DNA from: Bilabrum cf. latius
Lineage: Eukaryota
NCBI GenBank assembly: GCA_965178125.1
Contig: CBCXTV010000009.1
Location: forward strand, 1-49,171
DNA length: 49,171 bases
Reading direction: 5' to 3'
Positions within the stretch are counted from its first letter, which is position 1; every line of letters begins with the position of its first letter. Below are positions 1-9,859 of this stretch, in pieces. Below the pieces are notes generated by a model, which did not search any database, had not been told where the DNA came from, and was given only the letters and a program-made list of their open reading frames with translations. The translations under genes and the position numbers were made by a program.

Positions 1-396
1 CCTCGGAGGTGCGCGTTCTCAATTTCGCGTTCCCGCACAGCGCTGGAAAATTCCAGCGGATTTGATTGAAAGTGACGGTGGGCTGGCGAGACGGAGTTGT
101 AGTACCGCTCTCGGCGATTGCAGCTCGATCTCGCCGAATCTAACGCCGCGGCGTAGAAGAACGGGTGTGGCAAGCGAGGCCGTACGCTCGATGATATCAT
201 TCATTCTGCATCGGCCAGCCACATCCGCACGTATCCCCGAAAAGGTTTCGCTCCGGCGCATGGACACCGAATCCGCCTTGCTCCGTGGAACGTGCCCGCG
301 TCACATCTTCGCGGTCCGCGCGCCATTCCCAGCTCTTCCTATCGTCCGCGCTCAGCCTCGATCAAGAGGCCGGGCCTCGCAGAGAGATCGCGGCCG

Positions 397-932
397 GATT
401 TCGGTGGCTGCGGCGGCATGGATTTCGGTGGCAGCGGCATGGATTTCGATGGCGGCGGCATGGATTTCGGAGGCGGCGCCGGCATGGATTTCGGTGGCGG
501 CGGCATGGATTTCGATAGCTGCGGCGGCATGGATTTCGGTGGCGGCGGTATGCATTTCGGTGGCGGCGTCGGCGTCGGGCCTTCTACACCAGCGGCATAT
601 GCTTCCGTTGGCAGCGCGCCGTCGGCATCTCTCTGTGTGGCAGGGATCGGGTGTCTCTCTGTGTGGCAGGGTCCACGTGGCGTAGCGGTTGCAGAGGAAG
701 CTGATCGGCATCTTCAGCTCCGCGTGGCGCCGCGCACGCCCGGCACGGATGTCGATGGCGGCGGCGGCATGGATTTCGGTGGCGGCGGCATGAATTTCGA
801 TGCTGGCGGCGGGATGGATTTCGATGGCGGCGGCGGCAAAGATTTCGGTGGCGACGGCATGGATTTCGATGGCAGCGGCATGGATTTCGATGGCGGCGGC
901 GGCATGGATTTCGATAGCGCCGGCATGGATTT
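397..932. repeat. 21/24-bp minisatellite (GGC)2-3 ATGGATTTC G(G/A)T in two blocks; third block at 2446-2535
   Basis: Directly visible; translates as GGGMDF (+) or KSMPPPP (-). Confidence 0.95.
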
Positions 933-1115
933 CTCCAGGGTCTCGACGATGTCCGGGTCCGCTTCGCCCAATGTGCTTTCGCTGGCAGCGCGCTGTCGGC
1001 ATCTCTCTGTGTGGCAAGGGTCAGGCGTCTCTCTGTGTGGCAGGGGTCCAGGTGGCGTAGCGGTTGCAAAGGAAGCTGATCGGCACCCTAAGCTCCACGT
1101 GGCGCCGCGCACGCC
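610..1115. repeat. ~130-bp imperfect direct repeat (610-740 and 984-1115)
   Basis: ggcagcgcgc.gtcggcatctctctgtgtggca...gtggcgccgcgcacgcc occurs twice. Confidence 0.9.
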
Positions 1116-2671
1116 TAGTACACCAGCTCGTGTTGGGCCAGGTGGCACCGCGTCCTTTCTGGGACCTTGTTGACTTTGACGCTCCAGTCGCAGCAGCCCG
1201 CGGTCCGCCATTCCCAGCTTTTCCTATCGCAAGGACCACAGGGCGAGCGCTTCGCCGGCCCCATCTGGAGGCCCATCCTGGGTCACTGACTACCGCCAAA
1301 TGCCACGATCGCCGGATTCCGCATGGGCCGACCCGGGTGGATCGGGAGACGGAGCGCTTCGCTTGTCGGTCCGAGGCAAGGCCTCACCTCCAGGTGTACA
1401 TCAGTCTTGCTCTCATGGGACCGCGGCGCTTGAAAGGGGCCCCGGTCGCGACCCTTTTCGAGGCCCGTCCCCGGTTCCTTTTTTGGGGCCCTCGAGGACC
1501 CCACAGTAGCGTGACACAAAGCGCCCTTGGGCGGGCTTGTTTTCGGGGCCAGATTTGGGTCCCGAAAGGTGTGCTCGAAAGAGGGGATCGTCAACAGTTC
1601 GTAGGGACGCTTCGCGGGCCGGGTTTTGGCCCCGAAAGGGGTGCTCGAAAAGGGGACGCCAACAGGTCGTGGGACCTACCATTCACCAGTGCGCTTTTTT
1701 TCCACCTGCTCTCCGCGTCACTCGGTTCACGTATACTACCTAAACGAGGCGGAATTCCGACTCGTCGGAGGGCGCCGTAGAGCTCGCCGGTCAAGCGTCA
1801 ACCCGTGTGTGACCAGCGTAGGGGCGATCCAAGTGAGCCCGCTGTGCGAGGTATTCCTGGATCGCTGTTCGAAAGAGCTTTCGGAGCCCGCCTTGAGAGC
1901 TCAAGTGGTCCGTCCGCCTCTAGACGCGCCGCGGAAAGTCGTACAGAAGTAGAATGACCGCGAGCATGCCGGCCGGCGTGGCTCACTGACTGCCCTCGGC
2001 GGCCGCCGGGTGAACTTGAACATTTCGCAGAACACTTTCTGCTTGGTGTTCCCGAGCTCGGCGATGACGTTGTATTATATGGGCCAGCTGCGGGAATGCT
2101 GGGGAGGCCAGCATCAGTGGGTGGCGAGGAAGACCAATTCCTTCCGGTGGGCAGAGGGGTCCAAGTGCCGAAAGCGACGTTCCTTCTTGCCTTGCAGGGG
2201 TTCCATGGCCAGTCGACCGGGGCCGTAACTGTGAACGGCGCCTGGCTCGGCCACGTCTTTCTATTCTCGGAGCTCAGCCTCGATCAGGAGGCCGGGCCTC
2301 CTAGGGTGACAGCAGCCGCGCGAGTCCTCCTCCACTGGAGCCGGCATGGTGGCCTCCAGCAATCGCTCCCAGATCAAGCCGTGCGGCGCCGGAGGCATGT
2401 GTCCAACGCGCATGCCTGCTCCACCAGCGGCATGTGTGGCGCGAGCATGGATTTCGGTGGTGGCGGCGGCATGGATTTCGGTGGCGGCGGCGGCATGGAT
2501 TTCGGTGGCAGCGGCATGGATTTCGATGGCGGCGGCCGAGGAAGGACCATCGCGACTCTATCTTCAGCCGGGAAACGAGCCTTCAGCCGTCCCGCGCATG
2601 AAGTGGTCTCATGTCGTCAGTATCTCCGTTCCGCAATCAAGCGTTCCTTATGTTTGGGGGTAAGCGTGTTC

Positions 2672-3027
2672 GCCCGCGCGCACCCGCCCGCCCGCCCGCC
2701 CGCGCCCACACGCCCGCCCGCGCCGACCCGCCCGCCCACCCGCGACCGACCACCCACCCGCAAGTCCCAGCCCGCCCGCCCGCCCGCGCCCGGCCGCCCG
2801 CCCGCCCGTCCGCCCGCCCGCCCGCCCGCCCGCCCGCGCAGGCGACCGCCCGCCCGTCCGGGCGCCCGCCCGCCCACCCGAGCGAACGCCCGCCCGCCCG
2901 CCGTCCCGCGCGCCCGCGCACCCGCCCGCCCGCCCGCCCGGCCGCCCGCTCGCCCCCCCGCACGACCGCCCGCCCGCCCGCCCGCCGCCCGCCCGCCCGC
3001 CCACCCGCCTGCCCGCCCGCCCGCCCA
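2672..3027. repeat. degenerate (GCCC)n tract
   Basis: Directly visible; homologue at 45721-46080. Confidence 0.95.
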
Positions 3028-3077
3028 CTGGTGACATTGGCGAAACGACAGTTTCGGCTGTGCCCATCTCCACCATA

Positions 3078-3117
3078 TCGAAATGATGAAACGAGCCCGT
3101 CGCCGTCTTCATTTCGA
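3078..3117 (+). other. stem-loop with conserved 16-nt loop (representative of a dispersed family)
   Basis: tcgaaatga.tga-AACGAGCCCGTCGCCG-tct.tcatttcga; related loops at 2574, 9363, 10652, 13013, 13876, 13910 and 43934. Confidence 0.85.
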
Positions 3118-3458
3118 TCCCAGCATGATCGCAGAATCGCTCAGACATAATCGCTCCGGCACGCAATTACGGGAAAATGAAATCACCCGCAGGTCTACCG
3201 CGCACGGCAGGAGCGTGCGGATATCTGCACACGAACCACCGACCGAGTAACGACAGCACAAAAGTGCGCGCGACACACCGATACCCTTCACCAACGCACG
3301 GGCGCATGTTCGGGAATGGGGCTCAGGATCGAGCGCACTGTCGGAAATGGGACTTGACATGAAGCTTCCCATCAGTGGCTCGCCCCCGCATTGCTCTCGG
3401 CTCGAGACACATATTAATATGCCTGTGTACGATCGAATCGTACCACCACACTCGGGCC

Positions 3459-5370
3459 ATGGAAGCGACAATCGCGTCGCTCGCGAACGCGACGCGGGCG
3501 CTTCAGCAGGCAGTTCGGCGTGCCAGAGAGCAACACCGGCGGCAAACAGCTCGCATAGCACAACTGGAAAGACACGCCCGATTTTTGGCGGTCTTCGTTG
3601 ACGTCGTCACCGCAGAGGCTTATCTGCGCCAAAAATGGCGGAATGCACCGGCTCCGGCTCTTGACGACGCGATCGCAAGTCTTCGTGCATGGCACGCTCC
3701 TCTTACGGAAGACGGTGTGCTCCGAGAGCAACAACGTCCATGGAGGTCAGAGCGTCTACAAGCGGCCACGATGACATCGCGGTTCTTGCGAGAACATGAT
3801 CTGCACAGGTGGGTTCACGAGCAGAACTACGCCAATACACTCGCACCGACGACGAACGTTTCCTCGACATTACGCAGGCTCACGAGTACCGATCCGCGGG
3901 AGCCGGACCCGAGGCATCTAGAAAAAGACAAAGCATCCGACAGTGGTGCCGGCGTTGGCGACGACGCTGGCAGGTGTCGCTCGGAACCGGGCTTCGACTC
4001 GATGCAGAATGTGTGGATCGACGACGCCTAAAGGCCACCGGACAGTGGCAAAAACACATCCGACGTTTCACGAAGAAAACCCAAAACGGGGCCATATAGC
4101 GGCCCTGGTTTCGGGGTCCGCACATATAGAACAAATACACTCTGGGCCCGGAAAACGCCCCCAAATTTGAGTAAAAAACCGGCTCAAAACGAATTTCGCG
4201 GCACGCGCGGTGTGGAAATGGTGCAACTTCTTGCGGGCCTTCGCGCCGCCGGACAAGTGCCCGGTCCACGTGAACATGGACGAAACAAGCATCCGACTCA
4301 CCGCAGTTTCACAGGCAGGTTTTCTTGTGGAAGAAGCCCGACGCCGAGTTCGCGCAGCGGGAGGCTTGCGTCAACCGACTCCGAAGCGTGAGATGCGGAG
4401 CATGATCACACAGATCATCTTCATCGCCAACAACAGCGACATCCAACCCCACTTGCCGACCATATTCCTCTTCTCAGACCGCATTGTGAGTCGCGAGCAA
4501 TTTGACGCCCTCCGCCGCGCGCTCCCTCCGAATGTGCTTCTCTTACGAGGCGCAAAGGGGGGGATGACCACCAAATTAATGTGTTGCACGCTGCGCGTGC
4601 TCGCCGATGCCCTCCATGCGTTCCGAGACACGCATCACTTTACTCTTAGCGCGGACACGTATCGAGCTCACCTGGGTCGCGCCGTATGGCATACGGCAAG
4701 TCGACTCAATTTCCACTACCATCTAATCCCCGCGAAAATGACGTGGGCGCTCCAGCCTTGCGACACGCACATCTTCGCGATTTACAAGCGCGCCATTGAA
4801 CATGAATATCAGCTCCGCATCGCGCACGCGTTACCGCGCGAGCGATGGCCACATGCGCTTTTCCACGCCGTGCTCGCGGCATTCGATCGTGTCATACGGC
4901 GACGCACGTGAGATCAAACATTCCATAGCAATGGGCTTGAGGGCTCGCAAATGAGTGTGTCAAAACGCGTTCTCAGTTTACTGCAGTGGCAAACAGTGCC
5001 CGAGGATGTGCATGAGTGGCCATCGTTCCATGAAATACAAAGTGTCTTCCCGGATCGTAGCGTTGTCGACATCGATGCTGCTTTCGCCACTCTGCTGCAT
5101 GGCCCGCGAATGCATAACATTCCACGCGCGCATCGCATGACATACCGACGTCGGGCTGAGCGTTCTCCTATTGCCACCCGACGCGCGGCAGCGACGACGG
5201 CGTCAGCCGAGTTAGTTCCAGAACCCAGCACACCGGCGCCATGACGACCCAGGACGCCGCCAGCGACGCCGACAGCGATCGCAAAACCGTCTCGCCGCCG
5301 CGATCCCCGGGGAGTGCGCCTGGGGCCACGTCCGTCGATGCCGTCATCGACAAAGGCGAAGAAGCTGTGA
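3459..5370 (+). pseudogene. pogo/Tc5-like (DDE_1) DD35D transposase pseudogene with one predicted intron (4034-4200)
   Basis: VNMDET ... ADTYRAH-(35 aa between Asp residues)-LQPCD catalytic motifs; QWCRRWRRRWQVS resembles the end of a CENP-B-type HTH; frameshift at ~3860, TGA at 4909 and 5242 (both TGG in the diverged copy), and GWM changed to GGM. Confidence 0.85.
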
Positions 5371-5654
5371 TGGTCACAGCAGAAACGCAGAGGTAGAAGC
5401 GGTGCCGGCAAAGTGGGAGGCGTCGGACCGACCAAAGCCTCCGGCAGCGGTAAGGAACTCTGAGACTTTGCTCGAGTAGATCGACCGCATGAGAGCGGAA
5501 AAAAAACAAAGCGCGCGACCTGAAGAAGCAGGTCGCGAAGAACCTCAAAAACGCAGAAAGGAGAAAGGCGAAACTGAAGCGTAAGGGGCGTGAATTGAAC
5601 GACGAGTATCTCATCGCAGTGCTGAAGATGCGACAGAATCCTCCGCAGGCGTGA
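5241..5654 (+). pseudogene. small basic coiled-coil protein overlapping the transposase 3' end (disrupted)
   Basis: ...DLKKQVAKNLKNAERRKAKLKRKGRELNDEYLIAVLKMRQ; C-terminal part is in frame in copy 2 at 20142-20306; conserved in the diverged copy. Confidence 0.55.
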
Positions 5655-6010
5655 TCCAGCCGTCAGCAAACGCAGTCTCCTCGACGGCTGTCAAGGCTCG
5701 TACAGCGAAAACCAAAGCCAATAAGAGTTGAACGAGCGCCGCTCAGAGAGCACCCGTATTGTCAGCAGGAAGCACACACATTCCCATCAGTCGAAGCACA
5801 CCGCACACGAACTGACGCAGGAAAAAAAGCCAACATAGAGGCAAAGAAAATACAAAATGTCTCCTACCCATGCCCAAAATGAACTCGAAATACGGCAAAA
5901 AAATCTCAACATACAGTTTAAACACCACGATGAACGAAGAATAAAAGCACAAAAACCTTCAAAGAAGCGCGTTTTTTTCGAAAATCAGTTCTCGAAGGGA
6001 ATGCCAAAAC

Positions 6011-6194
6011 ACTCGAAAAAAAGCGGTGTCACCGCCGACCCCTCTTTTTTTGAGGTATACCGAGAAAGAAGGCCATTTTACTCGAAAAAAACCATGGTGC
6101 CACCAAAGCGGTGCCACCGCCCTATTAATATTTTTAAAGGGCCGAGAATGGTGACACCGCTTTTTCTCGAGTAAAAAAAGAGGGCGGTGACACC
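6011..6194. promoter_or_regulatory. cluster of five GGTGNCACC palindromes with a 23-bp inverted repeat, upstream of rep
   Basis: Motifs at 6025, 6096, 6110, 6150 and 6186; IR 6011-6033 / 6150-6172 has 1 mismatch; regulatory function is inferred. Confidence 0.5.
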
Positions 6195-6933
6195 ACCTTT
6201 GGGGGCCAAAAAGAGCGAAAAGAGGGGTCGCCAAGAGGCCTTTGCCGGCCTTTGCGGAAGGACCTGCGTCGGCTTCACCTCATTGCAAGGGTTCCCGCGC
6301 AAAGTGAGTGGTACGCATCTGGTGGTGGAAGAGTTGTGTGAAGGAACGTGGTGTGCGAGGGAGATCTTCCGGAGAGGCATATGTGTCGTATGCTGCACAC
6401 GGACCCTGAAGATGAGCGACAAAGGCATTCGGGAGAAGAAGCAGTTTTAGTGAGAAGGGTGGGTACGTGTCGGGATAAGGATGCAATCCTAGTGGTGTGC
6501 GCGGCGGGTTAACGCAGGTAATCGGTGGAGGATTGGGAAGTCGTGGTGGGAGGGTGGAGATAGGTGGGACGTCAATGATGGTGGAAGGTGTAATGTGGGC
6601 GAGGAGACTCGGGTCCGGGTTTGTCGGCGTTCCTGAAACGTCAGGACATGGTGGGACCCAGGCTCTCTTGCGCGGCCGAAGGGTCCCCTCGGGCACGCTT
6701 GCCTGGGTCTGTGGCCGCTATTCTAGTTCCTGAAGACGTGTGCGCGGCGGCTGTCAAGGGCATCCGGGCAGGGTCGTGTGCCGGGCTGCGACGGTTCTGG
6801 CAGAAGTAAAATGGTGTGGCATGGTAAGGTGCGCTGTTGTTTGTGTTTTTGTGCAAGACGTCGGAATCCGATGCTGTTTGGCCTAGTGTTGTGTGTCCCT
6901 CGCATTCATTGTGTTTCCCTTGTCCCTGTGACG

Positions 6934-8577
6934 ATGAATGTATCGTCATCCGCGCCGTTGTGGGATGACGTGGTTGTCGCGTCGTCGCCCAAGTTGAAGC
7001 GCCGGCGTATGTCTGCGAAGGGTGTCCTGGCGTCGTCATACATCGACGTCAAGCAAACTCCGTCCATGTCGTCTTCTTCCTCTGGAGCTGCGGTCTCAAC
7101 TGATAGTTCCGCTCAGGAGCCTTGTGCCCAGTGGAAGGTTTTAGCCGCGTCCTTGGGCGACATTCCGACGGTGCAGAGCATGCAGAACCGGACCGTCAAG
7201 CAGCGTCGGGACTTTCTGAAAGGTCGGACACGTCTGTTTCTATGGCGAGCCGTAGAGAGAGGTTTGGAGATGCCCGCGGTGCTGCAGGGGACGTCCCTGA
7301 CGAGTGCGAAGTCTTTCTGTGAATTTCGTGCCAAGTTTGGTGCATTGTCTTTGGAAGCGAAGAAGACCGTGTCGCAGTTGTATTTGACGGCGGCCAACAT
7401 AGACCGCGATTCAGTCGCCGATCTCCTGATTCCTGACAATGAGACTCGTGGCCCGCGCTGTAGGACCTTTCTGACCTTCACTTCCGCAGAATGGTTTTTT
7501 GCGGATGCGGAGGTGCGTGCGTGCGCATGCGTTGACGACGCTGCGCTTTTGCTCATGCGTCGTGCCGACGTTGTGCGTCTGTGGCACGAGTTTGTTTCTT
7601 ATGCGCGCGCGCTTGGCGTGTTCATTGGAGCAACGCACCGGGCCATCTGTGCGGAGATATGTCCGCGGACCTTTCACCGACAGCGGAGCGCTCAAGTGCA
7701 TTTTCACGTGTGCTTTCTCCGAGGTGCAGTGCCTGGTTTCCTTCGCGTGGTCAGTCACGGGGAAACGTCGTTTCGTGGCGTTTTCCCGTATATGCGACTT
7801 CCCGAATGTTTTGAGGGCCTGTCGCGCAACGGCGTCGGCGAGTGGTTTCCATACTTTTACTGCTGTGTCAAGAAAGTCGGTCATCTGTGGACCGATTTCA
7901 ACCGGCAGCCGTTCCGCGATTATCCTGTGCACGCGCCATGGGTCATGCAGCTGGCCCAGAGCGAAAAGCTGTCGACGGACGCGGCGCGTGTGCTTCTTGA
8001 GCGCGTTGGCATCGGTGCGACTCGGTATCTAGCCCACCTTGATCTCATGGACCGGGCGCGTGCGTGCGAACGGGTGGAAGCGTACCGCTTCGCGTTGCGA
8101 CGTCGCGCGTGGAGAAGCGTGCCGGACGTCAAGGGTTGGCTCCGTCAGTACGGCGTTTTAATGGAACGGTACCGCTTTCTAGTCTTGGACGGTCCAACGG
8201 GCACCGGAAAAACCTCGTTCGCGCGGACGTTACAGCCGGAACGGATGTGTGTGTTCGAAGTGAATTGTTCGGGCGACACGTTTGCGTCACTAGAAGATTT
8301 CGTTTGGGAACGGGACGGGTTGATGTTGTTCGAAGACATCAGTCCCGCGATCGTTGTGGCGCAGCGGAAGCTCTTCCAGGCGTCGATGGCCCGTGTACGG
8401 CTTACAAGTTCGTCGTACCATGGGTATCAGTATGAAGTTTTCGCCCATGGAACACGCATGGTGTGCACGTCGAATCATTGGGACACGGGTCTCCAAGCGT
8501 TGTCCGATGAGGACCGCGTGTGGATTCTTGGCAACCAGATATACGTGTCGGTAAAAGACCCGTTGTGGATGGAGTGA
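6934..8577 (+). CDS. rep: CRESS-DNA-virus-like replication initiator (HUH endonuclease + SF3 helicase); ORF open from 6778, start codon uncertain
   Basis: Motif I TFLTF (~7465), motif II VHFHV (7699), motif III-like YFYCCVKK (7852), Walker A GPTGTGKT (8191), Walker B LMLFED (~8320-8337) and motif C VCTSN (8461), in canonical order; basic NLS-like PKLKRRR. Confidence 0.88.
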   Translation: MNVSSSAPLWDDVVVASSPKLKRRRMSAKGVLASSYIDVKQTPSMSSSSSGAAVSTDSSAQEPCAQWKVLAASLGDIPTVQSMQNRTVKQRRDFLKGRTRLFLWRAVERGLEMPAVLQGTSLTSAKSFCEFRAKFGALSLEAKKTVSQLYLTAANIDRDSVADLLIPDNETRGPRCRTFLTFTSAEWFFADAEVRACACVDDAALLLMRRADVVRLWHEFVSYARALGVFIGATHRAICAEICPRTFHRQRSAQVHFHVCFLRGAVPGFLRVVSHGETSFRGVFPYMRLPECFEGLSRNGVGEWFPYFYCCVKKVGHLWTDFNRQPFRDYPVHAPWVMQLAQSEKLSTDAARVLLERVGIGATRYLAHLDLMDRARACERVEAYRFALRRRAWRSVPDVKGWLRQYGVLMERYRFLVLDGPTGTGKTSFARTLQPERMCVFEVNCSGDTFASLEDFVWERDGLMLFEDISPAIVVAQRKLFQASMARVRLTSSSYHGYQYEVFAHGTRMVCTSNHWDTGLQALSDEDRVWILGNQIYVSVKDPLWME

Positions 8578-8653
8578 CGACAATATGCCTTTCGCATGCA
8601 ATGAACAGCATTTCAGTCATGTCTTCAGCAATATGTTGTCGCTCCGTCCACAT

Positions 8654-8748
8654 GCAGGGCAGAATGGGAGCCGGAGTCCCTACCCATCCCATTGCCCTGC
8701 GGGTCGGGCAGAACGGGATCAGGAGTCTCCTACCCATCCCGCTGTCCG
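8654..8748 (+). other. twin related hairpins downstream of the rep stop
   Basis: gcagggca(ga)atggga...tcccattgccctgc and cgggcag(aa)cgggat...atcccgctgtccg with shared loop ggagtc(t)cctaccc. Confidence 0.75.
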
Positions 8749-8949
8749 GTGCGTGTGGCACGTTCCGTCTCGATGGTGTGTTCCTCTTTGCGGTGGTACA
8801 GCGAATGCATGGATGGATCTGCGTTGCGGTTGTTTTACTCTGTGTATAGGCCCGCCTTCGCGGTGACAGTCGTAACAGTTTGCTTGCGAGGCGTGCGGTC
8901 GACGTTTGAAATTGCGTGGTGTGGGTTCGTCACGTGGTTCTTGTCCCGT

Positions 8950-9292
8950 TCGCTCGCGCCCGCCCGTCCGCGCCCGCTCGGCCGCCCGCTCGCGTTCGCG
9001 CGTTCGCCGCGCCCGCGCGGTCGCCGGCGCGCGCCCGCCTTTGCGCCCTCGTGCGCCCGCCCGTTCGCCCGTCCGCGTTCGCCCGCCCGCTCGTCCGCCC
9101 GCGCATCCGCCCGCCCGCCCGCGCACCCGTGCGCTCGCTCATGTGCGCGCCAGCGTGCCCGTGCGCGCATCCGCCCGCGCGGCCGTCCGTCCGCGCGCCC
9201 GCTCGTTCGTCCGCTCATCCGCCCGTACGCCCGCCCGTTCGTTTGCGCGCACGTCCGGCCGCCTGCCTGTCCATTTGCAGGTCCGCCCGCCC
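8950..9292. repeat. degenerate (GCCC/GYYC)n tract
   Basis: Directly visible. Confidence 0.9.
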
Positions 9293-9859
9293 GTGGTCCC
9301 ATTCGATACCTTCGCGCCATGAGATTTCTGTCATGGTTATGCGCACAAAGCCGAAATGACGAAATGAGCTTGTCGCCGTCGTCATTTCGAGATTAGGAAA
9401 GTTGCCAGGTTCAGCGTTCATAGTCGCAATGACATTCAATTGCTGTTCCAAAGGAATCAGCGGTGTGATTCCTGCGCATCACAAATGTGCGAATGCATCC
9501 GAATGCCGATCGTCCGCCGGGCGAAGACAGCGGACGAGGGTGCGCAATTCATCGATTCCATGCAGGAGCCTACAGGCGCGTGTTTGAGCCTGTTCTCATG
9601 ACGGATCACATTGTAGCAAGCTTGTGTTTTACATGAGGCTTCGCATGGGTGGTTTCGCCCCCACAGCGCTGTCGGCTGGAGACGAATCTGCAAGCGATTG
9701 ATCCATTGCCTGTGGTAGGCAGAGTTTGCGAGTCGGGCATCATCGGACCGCAACCAGTACGGAAATTGTAGGCGTGATGCGTTGATGCAGTGTGATGTCA
9801 AGGCCATTGAGTGATGTGCGGCTACGCGTTACATTGGAACGGACCATGACGATATAGTC

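Noticed and set aside
397-932. Possible CRISPR array
   Set aside because: Repeats are contiguous with no unique spacers and no cas genes; this is a minisatellite
2096-3166. Long PARP/GGRA-rich ORFs (also at 8692-9396, 10694-11317, 45526-46661)
   Set aside because: Translations of stop-free (GCCC)n tracts, open in most frames, with frames changing between copies
5499-5506. 1-bp homopolymer differences between copies as programmed frameshifts
   Set aside because: Scattered and copy-specific; most consistent with long-read or consensus error
3100-5950. Autonomous pogo transposon with TIRs and TA target duplication
   Set aside because: No terminal inverted repeats found by eye; both flanks are shared with the diverged copy
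6187-6450. Small Cys-containing ORF upstream of rep
   Set aside because: No ATG start, begins inside the palindrome array, and no recognisable domain
6778-8577. Helitron RepHel or bacterial AAA ATPase interpretation
   Set aside because: The helicase has compact SF3 A/B/C motifs, no Pif1/SF1 motifs, and the protein is far shorter than RepHel
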